A DNA stretch of 38,899 nucleotides from Candidatus Spyradenecus sp. (GTDB lineage: Bacteria > Verrucomicrobiota > Kiritimatiellia > RFP12 > DVOR01), in assembly GCA_051891975.1 (NCBI GenBank), contig JBJFFT010000047.1, positions 1 through 38,899 on the forward strand, read 5' to 3'. The notes beneath the pieces are model-generated. The model was not told the DNA's origin. It did no database searches and saw only the letters and a program-made list of their open reading frames with translations. Positions 1 through 8,184 of this stretch are shown in pieces; position 1 is the first letter of the stretch, and each line of letters starts with the position of its first letter. The position numbers and the translations under genes were made by a program.

Positions 1-2
1 CG

Positions 3-929
3 ATCTAGGAGGTTGACCGGGGCCGAGCAGCCGGGCAGGAGAAGCGCGAGGTCGCAGTATTCGCGGTAGAGGACGGAGGCGACGTCGGCGGTGTCAGTGC
101 GCGCGAGGGTGAGGGTGAGCACTTCGCCGGGGCGGAGAAGCTCGGCGCCCAGGCTGAGGGTGAAGCCGTTATCGCGCAGGTCGCCGGGGGTGACGGTGCG
201 GCTCTCTCCGGCGCAGGTGGCCGTCACGCTCAGGCAGAGGGAGTCCTTGGCCCCCAGGAAGGGCGCGCCCGAAAGACGAAAGGCCGCCGCGCCCGAGCGC
301 AGGCTCGCCGGCAAGGCAAAGGTGAAGGTCTGCGGTTCGCCGCTCTTGAGCTCGGTGTAGTGGTTCTCCCGCGCTTCGCGGAAGGCGCGCAAGAGCCGCC
401 AACGCGGCACCCCCGCCGGGAGGCGACCCTCGGCCTGAAAGCGCGCGAAGTCGGCCTCGGCCAGCTCGGCCAACGGCGGCAGCTCAGGGGCCAGCCGCTC
501 CCGGCCCGGGGGCAAGGGGCGCCAGAGCAAGAGCGCACCCAGCGCCGCCACCGCCACGGCAAAGGGCAGGAGGTTGGCCGCCAAGCGCGCGAGCCAGAGT
601 TGCACCGGGCGCAGGGGTTTGACCAAAGGGAGCGCGAGCAGCTCGCGGTCGCGGTCGAGCGCATAGGCGTTCGCACCGGTCCAGAGCGCGGCAATGAGCA
701 GGAGCGCCCAGGCCAGGCCCAGCGCGTAGGGCGTGCGCAGCAGCTCCGGATCCTCCACCCCCGGCAACGCAATCAAGAGCAACCCCAGCGCGGCCAAGAG
801 CGCCCACAGGAAGGGCCCGCGCACCGCCCGTCGCCAAACGAGCGCCGCTTCGGCGGCAAAAGTCGACAGTCGACAGTCGACAGTCAACAGGGCGCTTACG
901 CGACGGATAGGCTGAGGGTTCGCTTCCAT
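3..929 (-). CDS. ABC-2-type permease-like membrane protein, 3' end runs off the window (not in ORF track)
   Basis: Read manually: ATG at 929 after GAGG, 10 nt after the ATPase stop; MEANPQPIRRVSALLTVDCRLSTFAAEAALVWRRAVRGPFLWALL...ALDRDRELLALPLVKPLRPVQLWLARL..., open to the edge; DR..L.L..VKPL motif typical of ABC-2 permeases. Confidence 0.75.
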   Translation of the reverse strand, partial: MEANPQPIRRVSALLTVDCRLSTFAAEAALVWRRAVRGPFLWALLAALGLLLIALPGVEDPELLRTPYALGLAWALLLIAALWTGANAYALDRDRELLALPLVKPLRPVQLWLARLAANLLPFAVAVAALGALLLWRPLPPGRERLAPELPPLAELAEADFARFQAEGRLPAGVPRWRLLRAFREARENHYTELKSGEPQTFTFALPASLRSGAAAFRLSGAPFLGAKDSLCLSVTATCAGESRTVTPGDLRDNGFTLSLGAELLRPGEVLTLTLARTDTADVASVLYREYCDLALLLPGCSAPVNLLD

Positions 930-985
930 CTTGCCTCTGCTATCGGCGTTCGGTCTGCTGCGAGCGCAGCGAGCAACTGTCGACT
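861..985. repeat. Heptamer-array element straddling a gene junction
   Basis: AGTCGAC x3 + AGTCAAC (861-888), reverse core at 891-906, CTGCTGCGAGCGCAGCGAGC at 955-974, CTGTCGACT at 977-985. Confidence 0.85.
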
Positions 986-1761
986 TCTTCTCCCACCTTC
1001 AGCCACTCCGGGCACTCGGGGGGCTTGACGGTGCAGCCGAGGGTTCGCAGGAAGACGCTTTCGAGGGAGTCTTGAAGCTCGGCAACGGGGCCTTGGAGGA
1101 GGGGGGTGCCGCGGTCGAGGATGAGAATGCGGTCGCAGGTGTCGCGGACATCCGGGAGGAGGTGCGAGGTGGTGAGAATGGCCAGGCCGCGCGCCTTGAG
1201 GGCCAGGAGGAGTTCCTTGACTTCGCGCGTGCCGATGGGGTCGAGGCCGGAGGTGGGCTCGTCGAGGATCAGCACGCGCGGGGCGTTGATGAGGGCCTGA
1301 GCAAGGCCAACGCGGCGCGTCATTCCCTTGGAGAAGGCGCCGACGCGACGGTCGCGGGCGTGCGTCAGGCCGGTGAGCTCGAGGAGGTCGTCAATCCGCG
1401 CGCGGAGGGCCTTGCCGGAGAGACCGCTCAGGCGGCCGTAGTAGGCGAGCGTCTCGCGCGGGGTGAGGAAGGGGTGCAGGTGGGTAATCTCGGGCAGGTA
1501 GCCCAGGAGCGCGTGCGCGGCGGGCGACTCGGGGGCGTGACCAAAGAGCGCGACCGAGCCGCTGTCGGGCCGCAGGAGCCCCAGGAGGATGCGGATGGCG
1601 GTGCTTTTACCCGAGCCGTTGGGGCCGAGCAGACCGAGCGCTTCGCCGGGAGCCAGGGTGAAGGAGAGGCCTTTGAGGGCTTCGACCGTGGGCCGGCCCC
1701 AGAAGTCACGGAAGGTTTTGCGCAGATCCTGCGCGCAGAGAGCGGGAATGGGCGGGGTCAT
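940..1761 (-). CDS. ABC transporter ATP-binding protein
   Basis: Walker A GPNGSGKST, signature FSKGM, Walker B LILDEPTSGLDP, H-loop SH. Confidence 0.95.
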   Translation of the reverse strand: MTPPIPALCAQDLRKTFRDFWGRPTVEALKGLSFTLAPGEALGLLGPNGSGKSTAIRILLGLLRPDSGSVALFGHAPESPAAHALLGYLPEITHLHPFLTPRETLAYYGRLSGLSGKALRARIDDLLELTGLTHARDRRVGAFSKGMTRRVGLAQALINAPRVLILDEPTSGLDPIGTREVKELLLALKARGLAILTTSHLLPDVRDTCDRILILDRGTPLLQGPVAELQDSLESVFLRTLGCTVKPPECPEWLKVGEEVDSCSLRSQQTERR

Positions 1762-2738
1762 ACAGAACTTCGCTCAAGCCTGCGCGCGCCGAGGTGGAGG
1801 CAGAGGAGCGCCAGGCAGAGGGTTTGAGGGAGGAGGAGCAGGAGCGTGGTCGGGGCCACATAGCCGGCGGCTGCGGAGGAGAGCGCGTCGAAGGGCAGAT
1901 AGGCCGAGCCGCCGAGGAAGACCAGGTCCAGCCCCACGGCCAGCACCGTCAGCGCCGCAGTCAGCCCCGGCGGCAACGCAGTGGCCAGCGCCAACGCCAC
2001 GGCCGCCGCTTGCGCCAGGAGCGCGAAGAGGGCCGGCAGGGCCGAGAGGGTCCCCCAATGGAGCGGCCCATCGAAAGAACGCAGGAGCACGAAGGCCCAC
2101 AGCGCGCACGGCATCAGCAGATTGGCCGAGAGGGCAAAGCGCGCGGAGCGGACGCGGTTGGCCGCCGCCGCGAGCGCCACGGCCCCCACGAGCGCGCCGA
2201 GGGCAGCGAGGAGCGTGGGGATGTCGGCGAAGCGGCCGGTGGTGTGATAGCGCGGGGCGGCGGCCTCGGCAATCAGGAGCGCGGGCGCCTGCGTGGCCAG
2301 GAAGAGCCCCAGGCCGAGCACGCTCCCCCCAAGCTGTCCGGCCAGCCAGGTGCCGCGCTTGAGCGGCTTGACGAAGGCGATTGCGCAGGTGCCCTCGGTC
2401 AGCGCCCGATGGAGCCGCCCGGCCCCGCCCAAGGCGAGCAGCAAGCCAAAGAGAACGGTCCCGGCCAGGCCGCAATCGCGCGGCAGGCGGCCATCCTCGG
2501 AGAAGCGTTGGAACTGGAGCATCGGCAGGACGAGCGTCCCGGCCGCGCTCGCCAAGGTGAGCAACATCGTGATGGTCGCAGCGGCAACTTCGCGACCTGC
2601 GAAGGAGGAAACAGTCACGATAGACGATAGACGATAGGCGATAATGCTGTCGCCGGAGGTGGAAAGCCCGGCCAATTGGCGCAAGCTGACCCGTCGCGGA
2701 ACGCGCTTCCCGCCTATCGCCAATCGCCTATCGTTCAT
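1758..2738 (-). CDS. ABC-2-type permease; first ~40 aa derived from a repeat element
   Basis: Multiple hydrophobic segments, AFVKPLKRGTWLAG motif; ATG overlaps upstream stop (ATGA) and its stop overlaps the ATPase start. Confidence 0.75.
   Translation of the reverse strand: MNDRRLAIGGKRVPRRVSLRQLAGLSTSGDSIIAYRLSSIVTVSSFAGREVAAATITMLLTLASAAGTLVLPMLQFQRFSEDGRLPRDCGLAGTVLFGLLLALGGAGRLHRALTEGTCAIAFVKPLKRGTWLAGQLGGSVLGLGLFLATQAPALLIAEAAAPRYHTTGRFADIPTLLAALGALVGAVALAAAANRVRSARFALSANLLMPCALWAFVLLRSFDGPLHWGTLSALPALFALLAQAAAVALALATALPPGLTAALTVLAVGLDLVFLGGSAYLPFDALSSAAAGYVAPTTLLLLLPQTLCLALLCLHLGARRLERSSV
2617..2738. repeat. Heptamer-bounded element inside the permease 5' end
   Basis: ACGATAG x3 + 31-bp core + CCGTCGCGGAACGCGC (2691-2706) + inverted CGCCTAT CGCCAAT CGCCTAT. 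Confidence 0.9.
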
Positions 2739-3754
2739 ACCTTTGCCGTGCGTTCCGTTGAAGAGCGGAGGAGTTCGTCGTCGAGGACGGCGTTGAGGAC
2801 ATCCTCCTGGGAGACGATGCCGGTGGGGGCGCCGGCGGCGTTGAGGACGATGAGGACCTTGGTCCGCCGCAAGCGCATGTAGGGCAGGAGGTTATCGGCG
2901 GGGGTGTCGGCGCGGACGAAGACCGGGGCGCGGCGCAGGTCGAAGGGCACGGGGGCCTTGGAGCGGGCGCGCAGGAGGTCGAAGAGGTGCAGGACGCCGA
3001 GGCAGCGCTCGCCGTCGTCGGAGAAGAGCGGCAGGATGCGGTGGTGGCTCTGGCGGAAGACGCGCAGGACGGTGGAGAGGTTGTCGCTTTCGTAGACGCG
3101 GACCATCCGCGCGAGCGGGGTCATCACCTGGCTAGCGCGGCGGAGCTGGAGGTCGAGCACGCGGCTGACCATTCCGCGCTCGAAGGCGGAGATTTCGCCG
3201 TGCGCCTCGGAGTCGCGCATCAGGAAGGCGAGGTTTTCGCGAGAGAGGAAGGGGGAGCGTTTGCGGCCGCGTTCGCGGGGGGTGACCAGGCGCGTGAGCA
3301 GGATGCAGAGCGAGGCGAGCGGGAAGAGGAGCGTCCGGAAGAAGAGGAAGATGGGCAGGAGCGGGCGGCAGCGCTCGATGGGCCGGGCCGTAAACCAGAG
3401 CTTGGGCAGGAACTCGCCGATGATGAGCAGCGCTATCGCCACGGCCACCGTGGCAAGGGTCTGGGCCAGGGAGGGATCGGCCCCTAATCGCGCGGCGGCC
3501 GCCAGCGCCAAGACCGTGGTCAGCGTCGAGAGCGCCACATTACAGATGTTGTTGCCCACCAGGGTGGTGGCAAGCATGCGGTGACTATCGCGCAGGGCAG
3601 TGGCGAGGGCGCGGGCGCGCTTGTCGCCGTGGCGGATGAGGTGGACCAGCCGGTGGCGGTTGAGGGAGACCATCCCACTCTCGTAGCCCGAGAAGAACCA
3701 GCTGCCCAGGAAGAAGAGGGCCATTAGGGCGAGGTTGATGATGAGCGCGCTCAC
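2735..3754 (-). CDS. CNNM/DUF21 + CBS-pair membrane protein (hemolysin/CorB family)
   Basis: FFSGYESG, TTLVGNN, GEFLPK, QVMTP, TGIVSQEDVL motifs; GTG start at 3754 overlaps the upstream TGA (GTGA). Confidence 0.9.
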   Translation of the reverse strand: MSALIINLALMALFFLGSWFFSGYESGMVSLNRHRLVHLIRHGDKRARALATALRDSHRMLATTLVGNNICNVALSTLTTVLALAAAARLGADPSLAQTLATVAVAIALLIIGEFLPKLWFTARPIERCRPLLPIFLFFRTLLFPLASLCILLTRLVTPRERGRKRSPFLSRENLAFLMRDSEAHGEISAFERGMVSRVLDLQLRRASQVMTPLARMVRVYESDNLSTVLRVFRQSHHRILPLFSDDGERCLGVLHLFDLLRARSKAPVPFDLRRAPVFVRADTPADNLLPYMRLRRTKVLIVLNAAGAPTGIVSQEDVLNAVLDDELLRSSTERTAKV

Positions 3755-5088
3755 GCCAGCGGCCCTCCTTCCTCGTCCCCCTCGCCGGTGGTTAAGTGCC
3801 CTTCGGCCTCCTCCTCGCGCGGCAGGTCGGGGTCTTGTGAGGCGGGGTCGAGGTCCTCCAAGCGCACCGAGAGGATCTTGCGCCGGCGCATCTTCTCCAC
3901 GCGGACGCGGTAGCCATCGGCCTCGATCCGCTCGCCCACGCGCGGAATCCGCCCGGCGTGGAAGGTGACCCAGCCGCTCATCCGGTCGGCATCGTCGGCC
4001 TCCAGGTGGGTGCCGAGCTCGAAGTTGATCTGCTCGAGGGCCGCGTCGCCGGCGACAATCCACATATTCGGCCCCACGCTGCGCACATCGGCCGCTTCGG
4101 CCGCGCCCGGCTCGTCCTCGGTCTCCAGCGAGAGCAGCTCCAAAATATCCCCACGCGAGACGATCCCCGCCGTCCCGCCATACTCGTCGGAGACCAGGAC
4201 CATCGGCAGGTGCTGGCGGTAGAGCATCACCAGCAGGTCGTCCAGGCAGATGTTCTCGGGCACGGCCTGGGTGCAGTGGCAGCGGGCGGCCTCCAGGTTG
4301 TGGCTGGGGTCGAGCAGATAGCGCTGCACGTCCACAAAGTCGATGAAGTTATCCGGCGTCTCGTCCCAGAGCGGCATCCAGACGAAGGGGGCCGAGCGCA
4401 TCTGCTGCTCGTGCTCGGCGGGGCTATCGTGCACATCCAGGCCAATGAGGTCCACGCGCGGGGTCATCACGTCCGAGGCATTGAGGTCGCTCAAGCGCAG
4501 GATGCCGCGCACCATCGCCCCCTCCTCGCGGTCCAGCGCGCCCCGCTCCTGCCCCAAATTGACCACGCTCACGAGCTCCTCGTCCGAGACCGCCCGCCGT
4601 TCAGGCACCAGCGTCTTACGAAAAGGCTTCAGGAGCCGCTGCAAACACCACGTCAGCGGCCGGAAGAGGGGAATGGCCACGCGCATCACCCGCACAATCA
4701 GCGGCATCACCCCCTCGGCGTGCTGAATGGCAAACTGCTTCGGGCTGATCTCCCCAAAGAGCAACACCAGCGCCGTCACCGCCAAGATACTCGCCGCCTC
4801 TGCCAACTGCGCGCTCACCCATCCCGAACGCACCACAAAGGAATACCCCACGCTCGCCAGCGCCGCATTCACAAAGGTGTTCCCAATCAAAATCGTGGAG
4901 AGCAACACCTCCGGCTCGGCCAAGAGGCGCGAGAGTTGTTCCCCCAACCCCGCACGCCGCTCGCGAATCCGCTGAATCTGCGCCGGCGAGAGCGACAGCA
5001 ACGCCGTCTCGCTCCCCGAAAAAAAGGCCGACAGTGCCAATAACAGCACGAACGCAATGCAAAAGCCAACCAGCTCAACGCAACTCAT
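3751..5088 (-). CDS. CNNM/DUF21 + CBS + CorC_HlyC protein (TlyC/CorB family)
   Basis: SAFFSGSETAL, TILIGNT, FGEISPK, DVMTPRVD, DEYGGTAGIV, C-terminal CorC domain; start set at ATG 5088. Confidence 0.92.
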   Translation of the reverse strand: MSCVELVGFCIAFVLLLALSAFFSGSETALLSLSPAQIQRIRERRAGLGEQLSRLLAEPEVLLSTILIGNTFVNAALASVGYSFVVRSGWVSAQLAEAASILAVTALVLLFGEISPKQFAIQHAEGVMPLIVRVMRVAIPLFRPLTWCLQRLLKPFRKTLVPERRAVSDEELVSVVNLGQERGALDREEGAMVRGILRLSDLNASDVMTPRVDLIGLDVHDSPAEHEQQMRSAPFVWMPLWDETPDNFIDFVDVQRYLLDPSHNLEAARCHCTQAVPENICLDDLLVMLYRQHLPMVLVSDEYGGTAGIVSRGDILELLSLETEDEPGAAEAADVRSVGPNMWIVAGDAALEQINFELGTHLEADDADRMSGWVTFHAGRIPRVGERIEADGYRVRVEKMRRRKILSVRLEDLDPASQDPDLPREEEAEGHLTTGEGDEEGGPLA

Positions 5089-5095
5089 AGCCCGC

Positions 5096-5104
5096 AGTAT
5101 AGCA
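5096..5104 (-). promoter_or_regulatory. Extended -10 promoter (TG-C-TATACT), probably leaderless transcript
   Basis: TATACT lies 7 nt before ATG 5088; no SD. Confidence 0.6.
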
Positions 5105-5148
5105 AAACCCTGCTCCGCGCGTAGCCTCATCGGCGCGGGCGGCTTTAG

Positions 5149-5223
5149 CCGTCTCGCGCGCTAACCGCTAAGAGCTAGCCACTAACAGCTCAGGTCAACC
5201 CGTCGCGGTAGCGCCGGGGTTGA
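5149..5223 (+). repeat. Heptamer array with core motif
   Basis: GCTAACC GCTAAGA GCTAGCC ACTAACA (5160-5187); CCGTCGCGG inside a GTCAACCC/GGGTTGAC hairpin. Confidence 0.8.
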
Positions 5224-5283
5224 CTTTTCCGGCGTAAGCCTATATTATTGCGACATTTTGATGGCTACACAAGGATACTTGCG

Positions 5284-6048
5284 ATGGACTCGATTACGGT
5301 TGGCATTATCGGCTGCGGCTTTATCGGCAGCGCTCTGAAGATCTGGCTCGAACGAAACAACCCCGCCGTCAAGGTGCTGGTCAGCGACCCGCCTAAGGGA
5401 ATGAACGACGACCTCTCCGGCGCCGACGTCTACTTCCTCCAAATCCACGTCCCCACCGAAGATGACGGCACGCAGGACCTCACCCTGATGAAGCAGCTCA
5501 TCTGCGCCCTGCCCGCCGGCAAACCCGTCTTCGTCCGCACCACCATCCTCCCGGGCACCTCCGCGCGTCTCACCCAGGAAACCGGCCACCCCGTCTACTT
5601 TATGCCCGAGTTCCTCACCGAGCGCACCTACATCGAGGACTTCCAGAACCAGCCCATGGTCTTCACCGGCGAGATTGACCTCCTCTCCAAGATCTTCAAG
5701 GGCAAGAAGTTCTGCCGCATGACCTCCCTTGAAGCCGAGATCACCAAGTACGCCCACAACGTCTTCGGCGCCCTCAAGGTCACCTACTTTAACGCCGTGG
5801 CCGACTACTGCCGCCGCATGGGCGCCGACTTCGCCAACGTCCACACCGGCTGCCTCCTCTCGGGCTACATCAACGAAACCCACACCCAAGTCCCCGGCCC
5901 AGACGGCAAGTTCGGCTACGGCGGCAAGTGCTTCCCCAAGGATGTCAACGCCTTCGCGGACCTTACCAAGGATCTCCCCCTCGGCAAGCTCCTCGCCCCC
6001 CTCCACGAACTCAACGTCCTCTTCCGCGGCATCGAAGAGCACATCTAA
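5284..6048 (+). CDS. Short UDP-glucose/GDP-mannose dehydrogenase family protein
   Basis: GIIGCGFIG Rossmann motif, PEFL, AEITKYAHN, GYGGKCFPKD catalytic Cys; AAGGA before ATG 5284; no C-terminal UDP-binding domain. Confidence 0.88.
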   Translation: MDSITVGIIGCGFIGSALKIWLERNNPAVKVLVSDPPKGMNDDLSGADVYFLQIHVPTEDDGTQDLTLMKQLICALPAGKPVFVRTTILPGTSARLTQETGHPVYFMPEFLTERTYIEDFQNQPMVFTGEIDLLSKIFKGKKFCRMTSLEAEITKYAHNVFGALKVTYFNAVADYCRRMGADFANVHTGCLLSGYINETHTQVPGPDGKFGYGGKCFPKDVNAFADLTKDLPLGKLLAPLHELNVLFRGIEEHI

Positions 6049-6056
6049 CCCCTTTC

Positions 6057-6140
6057 GCCGGAATGGTGGAATGGCAGACACAGCGGACTTAAAATCCGCA
6101 GCCGCAAGGCGTAGGGGTTCGACTCCCCTTTCCGGCACCA
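6057..6140 (+). tRNA. tRNA-Leu (anticodon TAA)
   Basis: Acceptor GCCGGAA/TTCCGGC + ACCA; anticodon stem GCGGA-CTTAAAA-TCCGC; long variable arm GCCGCAAGGC; T-loop GTTCGAC. Confidence 0.97.
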
Positions 6141-6150
6141 CAGCCTCCTC

Positions 6151-6185
6151 AGCCCTGGGCACCCAATGCGGGCCCGGGGCTTTTT
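6151..6185 (+). terminator. Intrinsic terminator after tRNA-Leu
   Basis: AGCCCTGGGC...GCCCGGGGCT stem followed by TTTTT. Confidence 0.7.
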
Positions 6186-6210
6186 CGTCCCCCTCCCCCA
6201 CCCTCTCCGT

Positions 6211-6333
6211 GACCTAGGCCCTACCTTGGGTCGACCTAGGCCCTACCTCGGGTCGACCTAGGCCCTACCTCGGGTCGACCTAGGCCCTACCTCGAGTTGA
6301 CCTAGGGCCTATCGCGCGCGCGTACGCGCGTAG
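6211..6333 (-). repeat. Composite element copy A: 22-bp tandem array + RY-alternating head (inverted)
   Basis: About 4.5 copies of GACCTAGGCCCTACCTCGGGTC followed by CCTATCGCGCGCGCGTACGCGCG. Confidence 0.92.
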
Positions 6334-6382
6334 AACCCTCTCAAGTGGGGCCCGATTCGAGGCAAACCCGGGGCGGATACGT

Positions 6383-6470
6383 GCTCATAACTAACCGCTA
6401 ACGGCTATCTGCTGCGAGCGAAGCGAGCTCCCACCAGCCGATCCGTCGCGGTACGCGCGCTGTCGACTGT
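6383..6470 (+). repeat. Heptamer array + CTGCTGCGAGCGAAGCGAGC + core
   Basis: ACTAACC GCTAACG GCTATCT; CCGTCGCGGTACGCGC at 6443-6458 followed by CTGTCGACTGT. Confidence 0.8.
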
Positions 6471-6498
6471 GCTACACTGTGGAGGAAAGGAGCGAGCG

Positions 6499-8151
6499 AT
6501 GGACTTTTCGATTAGGTTTCACTTGGGGACGCAGTGTCGGGTGCAGACGGGGCCGCTGACGAAGACGCAGGCGGTGGAGGCGCTTGTGATGGTGTTGGTG
6601 GTGACGTCGGTCTTCCAGGGCTTTTTATATTGGTGGCCGCTGTGGCAGATGCAGCAGGCGCGCGCAAGCGAGCGGGTGGAGGCGGAGCTTGTGGCCGCCG
6701 TGCCGCTCCGCAATGGTGTGCGCCTGACGTTGGCGGACCCGGTGAGTGGCACCGAGCAGCAGTGCACCTGGAGCGCAGAGCAGGCGAGCGAGCGAGCGCA
6801 GGTGCTCAATGGGCCCGAGCGGCAGGTTCCTTGCCGGCGGTTGGCAGATGGAACGCTCGAGCCGATGGTCTTTGCCTTGGTGCCGTGGTTGCTGCGCGTG
6901 GGCCTGGCGCTCTTTTTCACGATCTTCTTGGGAGCCTTTGGCGGGGTGGCGGCGGAGGCCTTTGCCTGGACGCGGCGCCATCGGCTGGCGTGCACCTGTG
7001 GGCTGATGTCTCTGCCGTTGGTGAGTGCGCTGGCGCTGTCGGTGATGGTCGACTCCGCCAGCGTGGTCTTGCTCCATCTACTGCTCTTTCCTTTGCCTTA
7101 CGCTGCGGCGTGGCGGGCGTTGGGGCCCGAGCGCGGCGAGGCGGCGCCGGCGCTCTCGCTCCTGGCCTGGTTGCGCGGAGTGCGCCGCCTGGCGTGGGTT
7201 GGGCTGGTCTTTGCGTTGGTGGCGGTTGCGGCCGGCTTGGGCTGCTTCATTGGCGATGGCGTGCGCCTGACCCGGGCGAGCTGGTCGTTGCGTGAGCGCG
7301 AGCGCGTCGAGCTCACCCCCTGCGGCGCGTGGACCACGACCTCCTCCTGCGGCGGCCGCCACGGTGGCGGCAGGACCACCACCTATCACCTGCTCTCCGC
7401 CTACACCGTGGGTCAGCGCACCTACTTTGCGCACTGGACCACTGGGGAGACCTTCACCCTCAGTGCCGAGGCCACCGACCGCGCCCACCGAAACATTCGT
7501 GCGCTTCGCAGCGGCTACAAGCGGACCGGGTCGGTGGCGGCGGGCGACCCCACCGACGTGCTTCCCTGTGAGGCGGGGCTCGAGGAGCATCCCTTGCGCG
7601 GCAAAGTGCCCGCCATTGCGGACTATCTCCTGCGCCTGGGCGGGACGCTCGCGCTCCTGCTGGGGGCCGGGGTGCTCTCCGCCGTCTGCCCGCTGCCCGG
7701 CCAAGCGCGCGTCTATCGCTACACGCAAGATAAAACGCTCTGCCTGGCCGCGCCGCAGCAGGCCGCCGGTTACCTCTGCGTGGTGCTGCCCGCGTTGCTG
7801 CTGGTCTCCTTCTGCCACTTTGTCACCCTCTGGCGCGTTGGGCTGGGCATCCCGGTGCTTCAGCTGCTCTTGCTCTTGCCGCTGCCGGTGGGGGCGATCA
7901 TCTTCGCTGTAATCCTCCGCCGGAAGGCCCGGAAAGCAACCGCTATCCATTGCCGCGCGTTGGGGCCGGGGGCTTGGGAGGTGGAGCTCTTGCCCCACGG
8001 TCGGCGCTTGAGCAAGGTCGAGGCCGACGGCCGAACGCTTGCCATCGACCGCGCCGGCGCGGGCACTTGGCGCTTTACCGTGCCGCCCGAGAGCCGCGAT
8101 CTCTTGGTGCTCACCGGTGACAAGCAGGTGCTCGTGCTGCGCGCGGAATAG
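6499..8151 (+). CDS. Hypothetical polytopic membrane protein (possible DUF3592-like segment)
   Basis: 550-aa ORF with GGAGGAAAGGAG RBS and many TM stretches; GRTTTYHLLSAYTVGQRTY resembles DUF3592 (weak). Confidence 0.7.
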   Translation: MDFSIRFHLGTQCRVQTGPLTKTQAVEALVMVLVVTSVFQGFLYWWPLWQMQQARASERVEAELVAAVPLRNGVRLTLADPVSGTEQQCTWSAEQASERAQVLNGPERQVPCRRLADGTLEPMVFALVPWLLRVGLALFFTIFLGAFGGVAAEAFAWTRRHRLACTCGLMSLPLVSALALSVMVDSASVVLLHLLLFPLPYAAAWRALGPERGEAAPALSLLAWLRGVRRLAWVGLVFALVAVAAGLGCFIGDGVRLTRASWSLRERERVELTPCGAWTTTSSCGGRHGGGRTTTYHLLSAYTVGQRTYFAHWTTGETFTLSAEATDRAHRNIRALRSGYKRTGSVAAGDPTDVLPCEAGLEEHPLRGKVPAIADYLLRLGGTLALLLGAGVLSAVCPLPGQARVYRYTQDKTLCLAAPQQAAGYLCVVLPALLLVSFCHFVTLWRVGLGIPVLQLLLLLPLPVGAIIFAVILRRKARKATAIHCRALGPGAWEVELLPHGRRLSKVEADGRTLAIDRAGAGTWRFTVPPESRDLLVLTGDKQVLVLRAE

Positions 8152-8168
8152 ACCCTCTGGTCAGGGTG

Positions 8169-8177
8169 TGTTAGAAT
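8169..8177 (+). promoter_or_regulatory. Extended -10 promoter (TG-T-TAGAAT), probably leaderless murG
   Basis: 7 nt between the hexamer and ATG 8185. Confidence 0.5.
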
Positions 8178-8184
8178 GGGGGTT

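Noticed and set aside
6057-8151. tRNA-anchored integrative element
   Set aside because: No integrase and no duplicated tRNA 3' end seen in the window
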